Shown here piece by piece: positions 49,902 through 58,391 of a DNA stretch of 64,000 nt. The notes under the pieces are model-generated. The model saw only the letters and a list, made by a program, of their open reading frames with translations, searched no databases and was not told where the DNA came from. Every line of letters starts with the position of its first letter. Positions within the stretch are counted from its first letter, which is position 1. This DNA comes from an uncultured Actinomycetota bacterium. GTDB taxonomy: Bacteria > Actinomycetota > Actinomycetes > Mycobacteriales > Pseudonocardiaceae. Made by a program: the position numbers and the translations under genes. The stretch is taken from positions 92,137 through 156,136 of the forward strand of contig CAVQFJ010000018.1 in the NCBI GenBank assembly GCA_963711715.1. Reading direction: 5' to 3'.

Positions 49902-51335
49902 GTGGACGTGGCGGCGAGGATCGGGTCCGAGCACGGGTTGCCCGGTCACCTCGTCGAGTTCGTCGCGGCGCTGCGCCGGCACGACGTCGCGGTCGGCCCG
50001 GGCGAGACGATCGATGCGGCGCGCGTCCTCGGGGCGCTCGACCTGCTGTACCGCGAGCAGGTCCGCGAGGGTCTGGCGGCCGCCCTGCTCCGCCGCTCCG
50101 GCCAGCGGCAGACCTTCGACACCCTCTTCGAGCTGTACTTCCCGCGCGCGGTGGGGGTGGGCAGCGGCGAGGTCGAGGTACCGCGCGTCGGGGACGCCGA
50201 GGAGGGCCCGGTCGACGTCGATGCCCTGCGCGACGTCCTGGCCGACCTGCTGCGCGACGGCGACACCGCCGCGCTCGCCGAGCTGGCCCGCGCGGTCGTC
50301 GACGCGCTCGGGCGCTCCGGCGCCGCCGGCTCCGGCATCCGCGGAGCCGGCGGGCAGCCGAGCTGGTCGGCCTACCAGGCCCTGCGGGTGCTCTCGCCGG
50401 AGACGCTGCTGGCCCGGATCATCGCCGATCTCACCGACGGTTCCGACGAGCAGGGCGCGTTCGCCGACGAGGTGCTGCGCCGCGAGATCCGCGATCGGAT
50501 CGCCCGGTTCCGCTCCATGATCACCGACGAGGTGCGTCGGCGCACCGCGGAGATCCGCGGCCGGGAGCAGGTGGCGAAGACCGCGGTGCCCCGCCAGATC
50601 GAGCAGGTCGAGTTCCTCTCCGCGCACGCCGAGCAGCTCGCGCAGCTGCGGCGCACGGTGCACCCGCTGGCGCGGCGGCTCGCGTCGCGGTTGGCCGTGC
50701 GCCGCAAGCACAGCAAGCGCGGGGTCCTCGACATGCGCCGCACGCTGCGCCGGTCGATGTCCACCGGTGGGGTCCCGATGCGGCCGGCGTTCCGCACCCG
50801 CCGTCCGGGGCGACCGGAGCTGGTGGTCCTCTGCGACGTCTCGGGCTCGGTCGCGGGGTTCAGCCACTTCACGCTGCTGCTGGTGCAGGCCCTGCGCGAG
50901 CAGTTCAGCAAGGTGCGGGTGTTCGCCTTCGTCGAGCGCGCCGACGAGGTCACCCACCTGTTCGCGCCGGGGGCCGAGCTGTCCGGCGTCATGCAGCGGG
51001 TGCTGCGCGAGGCCGACCTCGTCGCGTTCGACGGTCACAGCGACTACGGCAGTGCTCTGGGCAGCTTCGCCGAGTTCCACGGCGATGCGATCACGTCGAG
51101 GAGCTCGCTGCTGATCCTCGGCGACGCCCGGACGAACTACCGCGACCCGAACCTGCGAGTGCTCGGGCGGCTGGTGGGACAGGCGCGGCACGCCCACTGG
51201 CTCAACCCGGAGCCTCGCCGGCAGTGGGGCAGCGGCGACTCCGCCGCGCTGCGGTACGCCGACGTGCTGCCGATGCACGAGTGCCGCACCGCGGCCCAGC
51301 TCGCCGTCGTCGTGGAAGCGCTGCTCCCGGGCTGA
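49902..51335 (+). CDS. VWA domain-containing protein (CoxE-like)
   Basis: MIDAS motif VVLCDVSGSV, and HWLNPEPRRQWGSGDS near the C-terminus. Canonical partner of MoxR. Confidence 0.85.
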   Translation: MDVAARIGSEHGLPGHLVEFVAALRRHDVAVGPGETIDAARVLGALDLLYREQVREGLAAALLRRSGQRQTFDTLFELYFPRAVGVGSGEVEVPRVGDAEEGPVDVDALRDVLADLLRDGDTAALAELARAVVDALGRSGAAGSGIRGAGGQPSWSAYQALRVLSPETLLARIIADLTDGSDEQGAFADEVLRREIRDRIARFRSMITDEVRRRTAEIRGREQVAKTAVPRQIEQVEFLSAHAEQLAQLRRTVHPLARRLASRLAVRRKHSKRGVLDMRRTLRRSMSTGGVPMRPAFRTRRPGRPELVVLCDVSGSVAGFSHFTLLLVQALREQFSKVRVFAFVERADEVTHLFAPGAELSGVMQRVLREADLVAFDGHSDYGSALGSFAEFHGDAITSRSSLLILGDARTNYRDPNLRVLGRLVGQARHAHWLNPEPRRQWGSGDSAALRYADVLPMHECRTAAQLAVVVEALLPG

Positions 51336-51425
51336 TGCGGCCGCGGGTCTTGACGGCGGTGCGGCTCCCTCGGCAAGGTCCCGGCCGGGGGCCGGCTCGC
51401 GCCGGGGTCGGGTCACCGGGCGGAG

Positions 51426-53006
51426 GTGGCCATGACCGCAGTGCGCACATCGCGTTCGGCGCGGATCGCGATCGGCTCGGTCGTCCTGCTGGCCGCTCTC
51501 GCCGGGCCGCTGCTGGCCGTGCCGACGGCGGGGGCTGCCCCGTCGTCGGCGCCGACGGCGGATGCCCCGAGTGGCTGTGACGAGCCTCAGGGCGCGGTGG
51601 AGGAGCTGCTGGAGTGCGTGACGCTGGAGGGCGTCCGCCGGCATCTGCTGGCCTTCCAGGACATCGCCGACGCGAACGGCGGGACCAGGGCGTCGGGCAC
51701 ACCCGGCTACGACGCGTCCGCCGAGTACGTGGCCGACGAGGCCCGCCGCGCCGGCCTTGACGTCACCACCCAGGACGTCGAGTTCCCGTTCTTCGAGCTG
51801 AACAGCGCCGCGTTCGCGCAGGTCACGCCGACGTCGATCACCTACGCCGACGGAACGGACTTCGCCACCGCGACCTTCTCGGGCAGCGGCGACGTCACCG
51901 GCACCGCGGTGCCGGTGGACGTGGTGCTGCCGCCCACCGGCGGTTCGACCAGTGGCTGCGAGGCCACCGATTTCGCCGGCTTCCCGCCGGGCGCGGTCGC
52001 GCTCATGCAGCGGGGCACGTGCGAGTTCGGGGTCAAGGCCACCAACGCGGCCGCAGCGGGCGCCGCCGGTGCGGTGATCTTCAACGAGGGCGACGCACCC
52101 GACCGCACCGGGGTCGTCGAGGGCACGTTGGGTGCGCCGATCGCGATCCCGGTCGTCGGCACGACGTTCGCGATCGGGGAGTCGTTGCCGAACACCGAGG
52201 TGCGGCTGCAGATCGACGCGATCAGTGAGAACCGCACCACCACCAACGTCCTCGCCGACACGCGTGACGGGCGAGGGGACGGCCCGGTGCTGATGGTCGG
52301 GGCGCACCTCGACTCGGTCACCGAGGGCCCGGGGATCAACGACAACGGCAGTGGCAGCGCCGCGATCCTCGAAGTGGCGACGTCGATCGCGCAGGACACG
52401 GCCGTCGGCGTGCGTTTTGCCTGGTGGGGGGCCGAGGAGCTCGGGCTGATCGGGTCGACGTTCTACATCGGGTCGCTCCCGCCCGCCGAACGGCAGCGGA
52501 TCGTCGGCTACCTCAACGCCGACATGGTCGGCTCGCCCAACCCCGTGCGCTTCGTGTACGACGGCGACGACTCCGACCTCGTCGGAGCGGGCCCCGGCCC
52601 CACCGGATCAGCCGCGATCGAGGACGTGTTCGAGACGTTCTACGCCGACGGCGGGCTCGCCTACGTGGGCACCGACTTCGACGGCCGCTCGGACTACGGA
52701 CCGTTCATCGAGGCCGGTATCCCGGCCGGCGGGCTGTTCACCGGCGCGGAGGACGTCAAGAGCCCCGAGCAGGCCGCGACGTTCGGGGGCACGGCGGGGA
52801 CCGCGTACGACCCGTGCTACCACCAGGCGTGCGACACGATCGCCAACATCGACGACTCCGTGCTGGACCAGAACGCGGACGCGCTCGCCTTCGCCACGCT
52901 GACGCTGGCCGCCGGTCCGGGTGTGCTCACGGCCGGACCAGCGCCGCCCGCGTCGCCGGGACCGGCGGGCGGAGGTGGCCTGGCTCCGGCCGGCGCACGG
53001 TCCTGA
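51426..53006 (+). CDS. secreted M28 family aminopeptidase with a PA domain
   Basis: Signal peptide (AALAGPLLAVPTAGAAP). Zn ligands in MVGAHLDSV..GINDNGSGSAAILE..WWGAEELGLIGS..CYHQACD. Confidence 0.85.
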   Translation: MAMTAVRTSRSARIAIGSVVLLAALAGPLLAVPTAGAAPSSAPTADAPSGCDEPQGAVEELLECVTLEGVRRHLLAFQDIADANGGTRASGTPGYDASAEYVADEARRAGLDVTTQDVEFPFFELNSAAFAQVTPTSITYADGTDFATATFSGSGDVTGTAVPVDVVLPPTGGSTSGCEATDFAGFPPGAVALMQRGTCEFGVKATNAAAAGAAGAVIFNEGDAPDRTGVVEGTLGAPIAIPVVGTTFAIGESLPNTEVRLQIDAISENRTTTNVLADTRDGRGDGPVLMVGAHLDSVTEGPGINDNGSGSAAILEVATSIAQDTAVGVRFAWWGAEELGLIGSTFYIGSLPPAERQRIVGYLNADMVGSPNPVRFVYDGDDSDLVGAGPGPTGSAAIEDVFETFYADGGLAYVGTDFDGRSDYGPFIEAGIPAGGLFTGAEDVKSPEQAATFGGTAGTAYDPCYHQACDTIANIDDSVLDQNADALAFATLTLAAGPGVLTAGPAPPASPGPAGGGGLAPAGARS

Positions 53007-53051
53007 TCGCATCGATCGAACTGATGTTCGATCGATGGTACGGTCGACTCC

Positions 53052-53669
53052 GTGACGCACGATCTGGCCTGGCAGCCCTCGCTGCTCGACGACGCCGTCG
53101 TCGAGATCCCTGCGGGCTTCCACGGGGTGCGGCGCCGAGAGCTCGCCGACGGCGCGTGGGTCGATCACGGGCCGTGGTGGTACCGCGGGGCCGACGCGCT
53201 GTTCGCCCGGTTGCTCGCCGACACCCCCTGGTCGGGACGCGACGTGCGGATGTACGACCGGATCGTCACCGAGCCGCGGCTCACGCACCGGTGGCACCTC
53301 GACCACGGTCCGTCGCCGCCCCCGGAGCTGCGCGAGATGGCGATCGCCCTGGGTGAGCGGTACGGGGCCGAGTTCACCCAGGTCGGTGTCAATCTCTACC
53401 GGGACGGGTCCGACAGCGTCGCGTGGCACGGTGACCGCGTCGCCCGCGAGCTCGCCGAGGCCACCGTCGCCCTCGTCTCGCTGGGCGGCGTCCGGCCGTT
53501 CCGACTGCGGCCCGCCGGTGGCGGTCCGTCCCTCACGTTCCTGCCCGGGCCGGGGGACCTGCTGGTGATGGGCGGCAGCTGCCAGCGCACCTGGCAGCAC
53601 TGCGTGCCCAAGACGCGGGTGGCGGGGCCGCGGATCAGCGTCCAGTTCCGGCACGCCTACCCGGAGTGA
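53052..53669 (+). CDS. alkB: alpha-ketoglutarate-dependent dioxygenase AlkB
   Basis: [18 protein letters not shown] (HxD), WQHCVP (His), RISVQFR (Arg pair). Confidence 0.88.
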   Translation: MTHDLAWQPSLLDDAVVEIPAGFHGVRRRELADGAWVDHGPWWYRGADALFARLLADTPWSGRDVRMYDRIVTEPRLTHRWHLDHGPSPPPELREMAIALGERYGAEFTQVGVNLYRDGSDSVAWHGDRVARELAEATVALVSLGGVRPFRLRPAGGGPSLTFLPGPGDLLVMGGSCQRTWQHCVPKTRVAGPRISVQFRHAYPE

Positions 53670-53728
53670 CAGGGCCCAGATCGACAGGGCCCCGGAGTGA
53701 CAGGGCCCCCGGAGTGACAGGACCGGAG
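53661..53728 (+). repeat. degenerate ~16-bp tandem repeat x4 (GGAGTGACAGGGCCC) starting on the alkB stop codon
   Basis: GACAGG cores at 53668, 53683, 53699 and 53716. GGAGTGA occurs three times. Confidence 0.85.
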
Positions 53729-53755
53729 CGCGATCTCCGCGAGTACGCTCCGCGG

Positions 53756-54379
53756 GTGCAGCGCAAGATCGGCGTGATGGGCGGCACCTTCGACCCGATC
53801 CACCACGGGCACCTGGTGGCGGCCAGCGAGGTCGCCGGCCGCTTCGGCCTCGACGAGGTCGTCTTCGTCCCGACCGGACAGCCGTGGCAGAAGGTCGAGC
53901 GCGAGGTGAGCCGCGCCGAGGACCGGTACCTCATGACGGTGATCGCCACGGCGTCGAACCCGCGGTTCTCGGTCAGTCGCGTCGACATCGACCGCGACGC
54001 CCCCACCTACACCGCCGACACGCTGACGGACCTGCGCGCCGAGCACCCCGACGCCCGGCTGTTCTTCATCACCGGCGCCGACGCCCTGGCCCAGATCCTG
54101 TCCTGGCACAAGGTCGACGAGCTCTTCGAGCTGGCGCACTTCGTCGGCGTCACCCGCCCCGGCTACGAGCTCGGTGACGACCACCTGCCCGACGGGTCGG
54201 TCACGCTCGTCGAGGTGCCGGCGATGGCGATCTCCTCGACCGACTGCCGGCGCCGAGTCGTCGAGGGCCGGCCCGTCTGGTACCTCGTGCCCGACGGCGT
54301 GGTGCAGTACATCTCCAAGCGCCGCCTGTACCGGACGGGCCGGGGGGCTGGTCCGAGGTCGTCCGGTCCGTCGCCCTAG
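53756..54379 (+). CDS. nadD: nicotinate-nucleotide adenylyltransferase
   Basis: [25 protein letters not shown]. Start set at GTG 53756 by comparison with the usual NadD N-terminus. The ORF is open back to GTG 53666, inside the repeats. Confidence 0.9.
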   Translation: MQRKIGVMGGTFDPIHHGHLVAASEVAGRFGLDEVVFVPTGQPWQKVEREVSRAEDRYLMTVIATASNPRFSVSRVDIDRDAPTYTADTLTDLRAEHPDARLFFITGADALAQILSWHKVDELFELAHFVGVTRPGYELGDDHLPDGSVTLVEVPAMAISSTDCRRRVVEGRPVWYLVPDGVVQYISKRRLYRTGRGAGPRSSGPSP

Positions 54380-54801
54380 CGCGGGGGGACGCGCACGCTG
54401 GTCATCAGCACCGTCGTGCCCGCGGGGTCACGGGACAGTTCCACGGCGTCCATGCAGGCGTGGATCATCAGCAGGCCGAACCCCGGGTCGGGGTCCGCCG
54501 GGCGGGAACGCCGGCGGTCGTCCGACACGCCGACGACGACGCGGCGACCCCCGTCGGCCTCGGCGAACCGCCGGGCGGCCACCCGCACCTCGGCGCCGAC
54601 GGGCGCCTGCTCGACGGCGTCCGACACCGCCTCGTTGACGGCCGTCACGATGTCGTCGACCTCCCGCGGCGGCCAGCCGAGCGCCGCCAGCCACCGTCGG
54701 AACCGCTCGCGCACCACCGAGAGCGACACCGGGTCGGCCATCAGGACCATCGAGATCACGTCGTCCGCGATGGGCGGACCTCCTGCGACGAGCACCGGCA
54801 C
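54376..54801 (-). CDS. anti-sigma regulatory factor (RsbW/SpoIIAB-like HATPase_c Ser kinase)
   Basis: [51 protein letters not shown]. It is convergent with nadD, and the two stop codons share a CTAG. The start may be an internal Met. Confidence 0.65.
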   Translation of the reverse strand: MPVLVAGGPPIADDVISMVLMADPVSLSVVRERFRRWLAALGWPPREVDDIVTAVNEAVSDAVEQAPVGAEVRVAARRFAEADGGRRVVVGVSDDRRRSRPADPDPGFGLLMIHACMDAVELSRDPAGTTVLMTSVRVPPR

Positions 54802-54807
54802 TCCCGC

Positions 54808-55143
54808 TCAGCCCGCCACGGCCTCGTCGATGGTGGCGAACAGCGAGAGCACGTCGTCCAACGCCATCGTCCGGATCGGGTGCATCACCGAGCGGGTGCC
54901 GGTGGCGACGATCCGCAACGGTGCACCGGAGCGGCGCGCCTCCTCGTCGAGCGCGACGAGCAGCCCCAGGCCCGATGAGGACAGGAAGTCCACCGCCGAC
55001 AGGTCCAGGACCACGGGCCGCCCGGGCGCCTCCTGCAGCGCCGTGCTCCCGGCCTCCATCAGCCGGCTCCCCGTGCTCAGGTCGACCTCCCCGTGCACGA
55101 CGAGCACCGGGCACCCGTCCCGGTCGTCACGGGTGATCGTCAT
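54808..55143 (-). CDS. STAS-domain anti-anti-sigma factor
   Basis: VLVVHGEVDLSTGSRL..VVLDLSAVDFLSSSGLGLLV (phosphorylatable Ser). Alternative start at 55185. Confidence 0.75.
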   Translation of the reverse strand: MTITRDDRDGCPVLVVHGEVDLSTGSRLMEAGSTALQEAPGRPVVLDLSAVDFLSSSGLGLLVALDEEARRSGAPLRIVATGTRSVMHPIRTMALDDVLSLFATIDEAVAG

Positions 55144-55350
55144 CAGCAGTTCGGTGGGCGGCACGCCACCGAGCGGGCCAGTCATGGGGGCGAAGCGTAC
55201 AGATGCCTGCTCGCGGCCCGTCCGGAGCGGTACCGGCTCCGGCATCGACTCCCGTGGAGGACCGGGCGGCCGACTCCGGGTCGTGCCGCCCGAGCTGGGA
55301 TGATGGTGGTGACGAGGTGGTCCGCACCGGCCCACCGGAGAAGGGGAACG

Positions 55351-55740
55351 GTGACGGCGACCGACCAGGCGCTCGACATGGCCCGCGTGGCGGTGTCCGC
55401 GGCGGCGGACAAGAAGGCGCAGGACATCATCGTGCTCGACGTGTCCGACCAGCTGGCGATCACCGACTGCTTCGTGATCGCGTCGGCGCCGAACGAGCGG
55501 CAGGTCCAGGCGGTCGTCGACGGGGTCGAGGAGAAGCTCCGCGAGCACGGGGCCAAGCCGACCCGGCGCGAGGGCGCCCGGGAAGGGCGCTGGGTGCTGT
55601 TGGACTTCGTCGACGTCGTGGTGCACGTCCAGCACACGCAGGAGCGCGGCTACTACGGGCTCGACCGGCTCTGGAAGGACTGCCCGCGCATCCGGTTCCC
55701 CGAGGCCGACGGGCCGGTGGCCGAGGACGGCGACGGGTGA
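55351..55740 (+). CDS. rsfS: ribosome silencing factor RsfS
   Basis: AADKKAQDIIVLDVSDQLAITDCFVIASAPNERQVQAV..WVLLDFVDVVVHVQH. Confidence 0.92.
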   Translation: MTATDQALDMARVAVSAAADKKAQDIIVLDVSDQLAITDCFVIASAPNERQVQAVVDGVEEKLREHGAKPTRREGAREGRWVLLDFVDVVVHVQHTQERGYYGLDRLWKDCPRIRFPEADGPVAEDGDG

Positions 55741-56357
55741 TACGGCGCCTGGTCCTGCTGCGCCACGGCCAGACGGACTTCAACGTCGCGGGCCGGATGC
55801 AGGGCCACCTGGAGTCGATGCTCACCGACTCGGGCCGGGCCCAGGCGTTCGGCGTGGCCCCGGAGATCGCGCGGATGGGGCCCGACCGGCTGATCAGCTC
55901 GGACCTGCGGCGCGCCGTGGACACCGCCGACGTGGTCGGCAGCGCCTGCGGTCAGCCCGTCAAGCTCGACTCCCGGCTCCGCGAGACCCATCTCGGTAAA
56001 TGGCAGGGTTCGACGGTCGCCGAGATCGAGCAGGCCTGGCCGGGGGCGATCTCGACGTGGCGCTCCGACCCGATGTGGGCGCCGCCGGGTGGGGAGTCGC
56101 GGGTCGACGTGGTCCGGCGCTCGCGGCCGGTCGTCGACGAGCTGGACGAGGAGTTCGCGACCGATCCCGATGCCACGGTCGTGCTCGTCGCACACGGCGG
56201 TCTGATCGCAGGGCTGGTCAGCGGCCTGCTCGCGCTTCCGACGTCGGCCTGGCCGTCGATAGGCGGGATCGGGAACTGCCGGTGGGCGACGCTCGCCCGC
56301 CGACACGACCACCCGCGGTGGAGGCTCGCCGGTTACAACGTCGGCGCCGTTGCGTGA
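55737..56357 (+). CDS. histidine phosphatase family protein (GpgP/Rv2419c-like position)
   Basis: RLVLLRHGQTDFN (RHG motif)..VLVAHGGLI. GTGA overlap with rsfS. Confidence 0.85.
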   Translation: MIRRLVLLRHGQTDFNVAGRMQGHLESMLTDSGRAQAFGVAPEIARMGPDRLISSDLRRAVDTADVVGSACGQPVKLDSRLRETHLGKWQGSTVAEIEQAWPGAISTWRSDPMWAPPGGESRVDVVRRSRPVVDELDEEFATDPDATVVLVAHGGLIAGLVSGLLALPTSAWPSIGGIGNCRWATLARRHDHPRWRLAGYNVGAVA

Positions 56358-56460
56358 TCGAGTCCGCGAGGTCACCCTCCGACCTGGCCTGCGCCGACCT
56401 GCGGAGCGCGCTCGGCGGCGGCCACTCGGCCGTTGCGTGCCCCGTGCTCTAGGGTGCGCC

Positions 56461-57309
56461 GTGCCCGTCACCGTCGTGACCGACTCGACCGCCTACCTGC
56501 CCGCGGGAGTCGTGGAGGAGCGGGGCATCCGGGTGGTGCCGTTGGAGGTCCGGCTCGGAGCCCGCGTGGGCCGCGAGGGCGTCGACATCGGCGCGGCCGA
56601 CGTCTGCGCCGCCCTCACCGATCGGCGCGTCGACGTGCAGACCTCACGCCCCACCCCGGCCGAGTTCGTGGCCTGCTACCGCACCGCGCTGGACGCCGGG
56701 GCCGACGCCGTGGTCTCGGTGCACCTCTCGCGGGAGCTGTCCGGGACGTGGGAGGCGGCGCGGCTGGCCGCGGAGGAGATCGGTGCGGAGCGGGTCCGGG
56801 TGGTCGACTCGCGCGCAGCCGGCATGGGCCTGGGCTACGCGGTGCTCGCCGCGACCGACGCTGCCGGCGCGGGAGCCGACGCGCCGCTGGTGGAGTCGGC
56901 CGCGGCGGAGGTGGCGGCCCGCTGCCGGATGTTCTTCTCGGTGGACACGCTCGACCGGCTGCGTCGTGGCGGCCGGATCGGTGCGGCCACTGCGCTGCTC
57001 GGGACCGCACTCGCGGTGAAGCCGCTGCTGCACGTCGTGCAGGGCCGGATCGTGCCGCTGGAGAAGGTGCGCACCACGGCGCGGGCTGCGCAGCGGCTGG
57101 TCGAGCACGCCGTGCGCGCCGCTGGGGACGGGCCGGTGGACCTGGCCGTGCACCACCTGGGAGCGGCCGCCCGGGCGGACGAGGTGGCGGCGCGGCTGCG
57201 GGAGCGGCTGCCCGACGCGGCCCGGCTGCTGGTGTCGGAGGTCGGCGCGGTGATCGGTGCGCACGTCGGCACGGGGTTGCTCGCCGTCGTGGTGGTGCCC
57301 GGGCGCTGA
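56461..57309 (+). CDS. DegV family fatty-acid-binding protein
   Basis: VTVVTDSTAYLP..TSRPTPAEF..SVHLSRELSGTWEAA..FSVDTLDRLRRGGRIG. Confidence 0.9.
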   Translation: MPVTVVTDSTAYLPAGVVEERGIRVVPLEVRLGARVGREGVDIGAADVCAALTDRRVDVQTSRPTPAEFVACYRTALDAGADAVVSVHLSRELSGTWEAARLAAEEIGAERVRVVDSRAAGMGLGYAVLAATDAAGAGADAPLVESAAAEVAARCRMFFSVDTLDRLRRGGRIGAATALLGTALAVKPLLHVVQGRIVPLEKVRTTARAAQRLVEHAVRAAGDGPVDLAVHHLGAAARADEVAARLRERLPDAARLLVSEVGAVIGAHVGTGLLAVVVVPGR

Positions 57310-57491
57310 GCCGCGGGATGCCAGGTGGTGAGGGGGTGGGCGCCGCCCCCCGGTGACCAGTCTGGCGGTGGAGGCCGACGGGTCCGTGCAGGCTCGGTCG
57401 GGGGGTGCCGAGTTGTCCCCAACGCGGCCCGGTGGTCCACAGGTCCGACCGGCGCCGAGGCCGGGCGGGATCCCGGACCTAGCGTCGAGGC

Positions 57492-58391
57492 GTGCCTCGA
57501 CGCGACTCCGTCCCCCGGCTGGTGTCCGTGCTGGGCGGGGGCGGCAGGCCTCCACCTCCGGAGAGCCCGTCCACGCGGCGGGGCCGATGGGGGAGCCACG
57601 ATCCGCCGACGGTTCCTCTCGTCGTCGAGCCCCTCGTCGGTGCCTCGCCACCGGCGGGTGGGGCCCGCGGACCGGTCGGGCTGCTGCGGCGGCTGCTGCC
57701 CGTCGCCTGGCAGGGCGCGCGGATCGACCCGGGGCGGCCGGGAGCCACGGCTCTCGCGCTCGTCGCCGCGGCGGCCGCGGTCGTAGCGGCCGTCGGGGTC
57801 TGGACGGATCGGCCGCAGGCGGAGCCCGTGGGCGGGTTGCCCGCCGTCGTCGTCGGCGAGGGGCAGAGCGCCGCCGCGCCCGGCGCGGTGCCCGGTGCCT
57901 CCCCGGCCCCGCCCGCCCCTGCCGGCCCGTTGGTCGTCAGCGTGTCCGGCAAGGTCGTCCGCCCGGGGCTCGTCGAGGTGCCTGAGGGAGGCCGGGTCGC
58001 CGACGTCCTGGCGGCCGCGGGTGGTGCCCTGCCGGGCACCGACCTCACCACGCTCAACCTGGCCCGCCGGGTCTCCGACGGCGAGCAGGTCGCGGTCGGC
58101 GTGCCGGCCGCCCCCGACGCCGCTCCGGGGCCCGTGGCCGGCGCGAACCCTGGCTCGTCGGCGGGCAGCGGTACGGGCGGAGGTGCGAGCGGACCCGCCG
58201 CGAAGGTCGATCTCAACGCGGCCTCGGCCGAACAGCTCGACGGCCTCCCCGGGGTCGGTCCGGTCACCGCCCAGCGCATCCTCGAGTGGCGCACCCGGCA
58301 CGGCCGGTTCGCCCGGGTGGAGCAGCTCCGCGAGGTCGAGGGCATCGGCGAGCGACGGTTCGGGCAGCTGCGCGAGCTGGTGACGGTCTGA
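57492..58391 (+). CDS. comEA: ComEA family DNA-binding protein (helix-hairpin-helix)
   Basis: SLBB-like VVSVSGKVVRPGLVEVPEGGRVADVL and HhH VDLNAASAEQLDGLPGVGPVTAQRILEWR. The start is uncertain (see the hairpin finding). Confidence 0.85.
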   Translation: MPRRDSVPRLVSVLGGGGRPPPPESPSTRRGRWGSHDPPTVPLVVEPLVGASPPAGGARGPVGLLRRLLPVAWQGARIDPGRPGATALALVAAAAAVVAAVGVWTDRPQAEPVGGLPAVVVGEGQSAAAPGAVPGASPAPPAPAGPLVVSVSGKVVRPGLVEVPEGGRVADVLAAAGGALPGTDLTTLNLARRVSDGEQVAVGVPAAPDAAPGPVAGANPGSSAGSGTGGGASGPAAKVDLNAASAEQLDGLPGVGPVTAQRILEWRTRHGRFARVEQLREVEGIGERRFGQLRELVTV

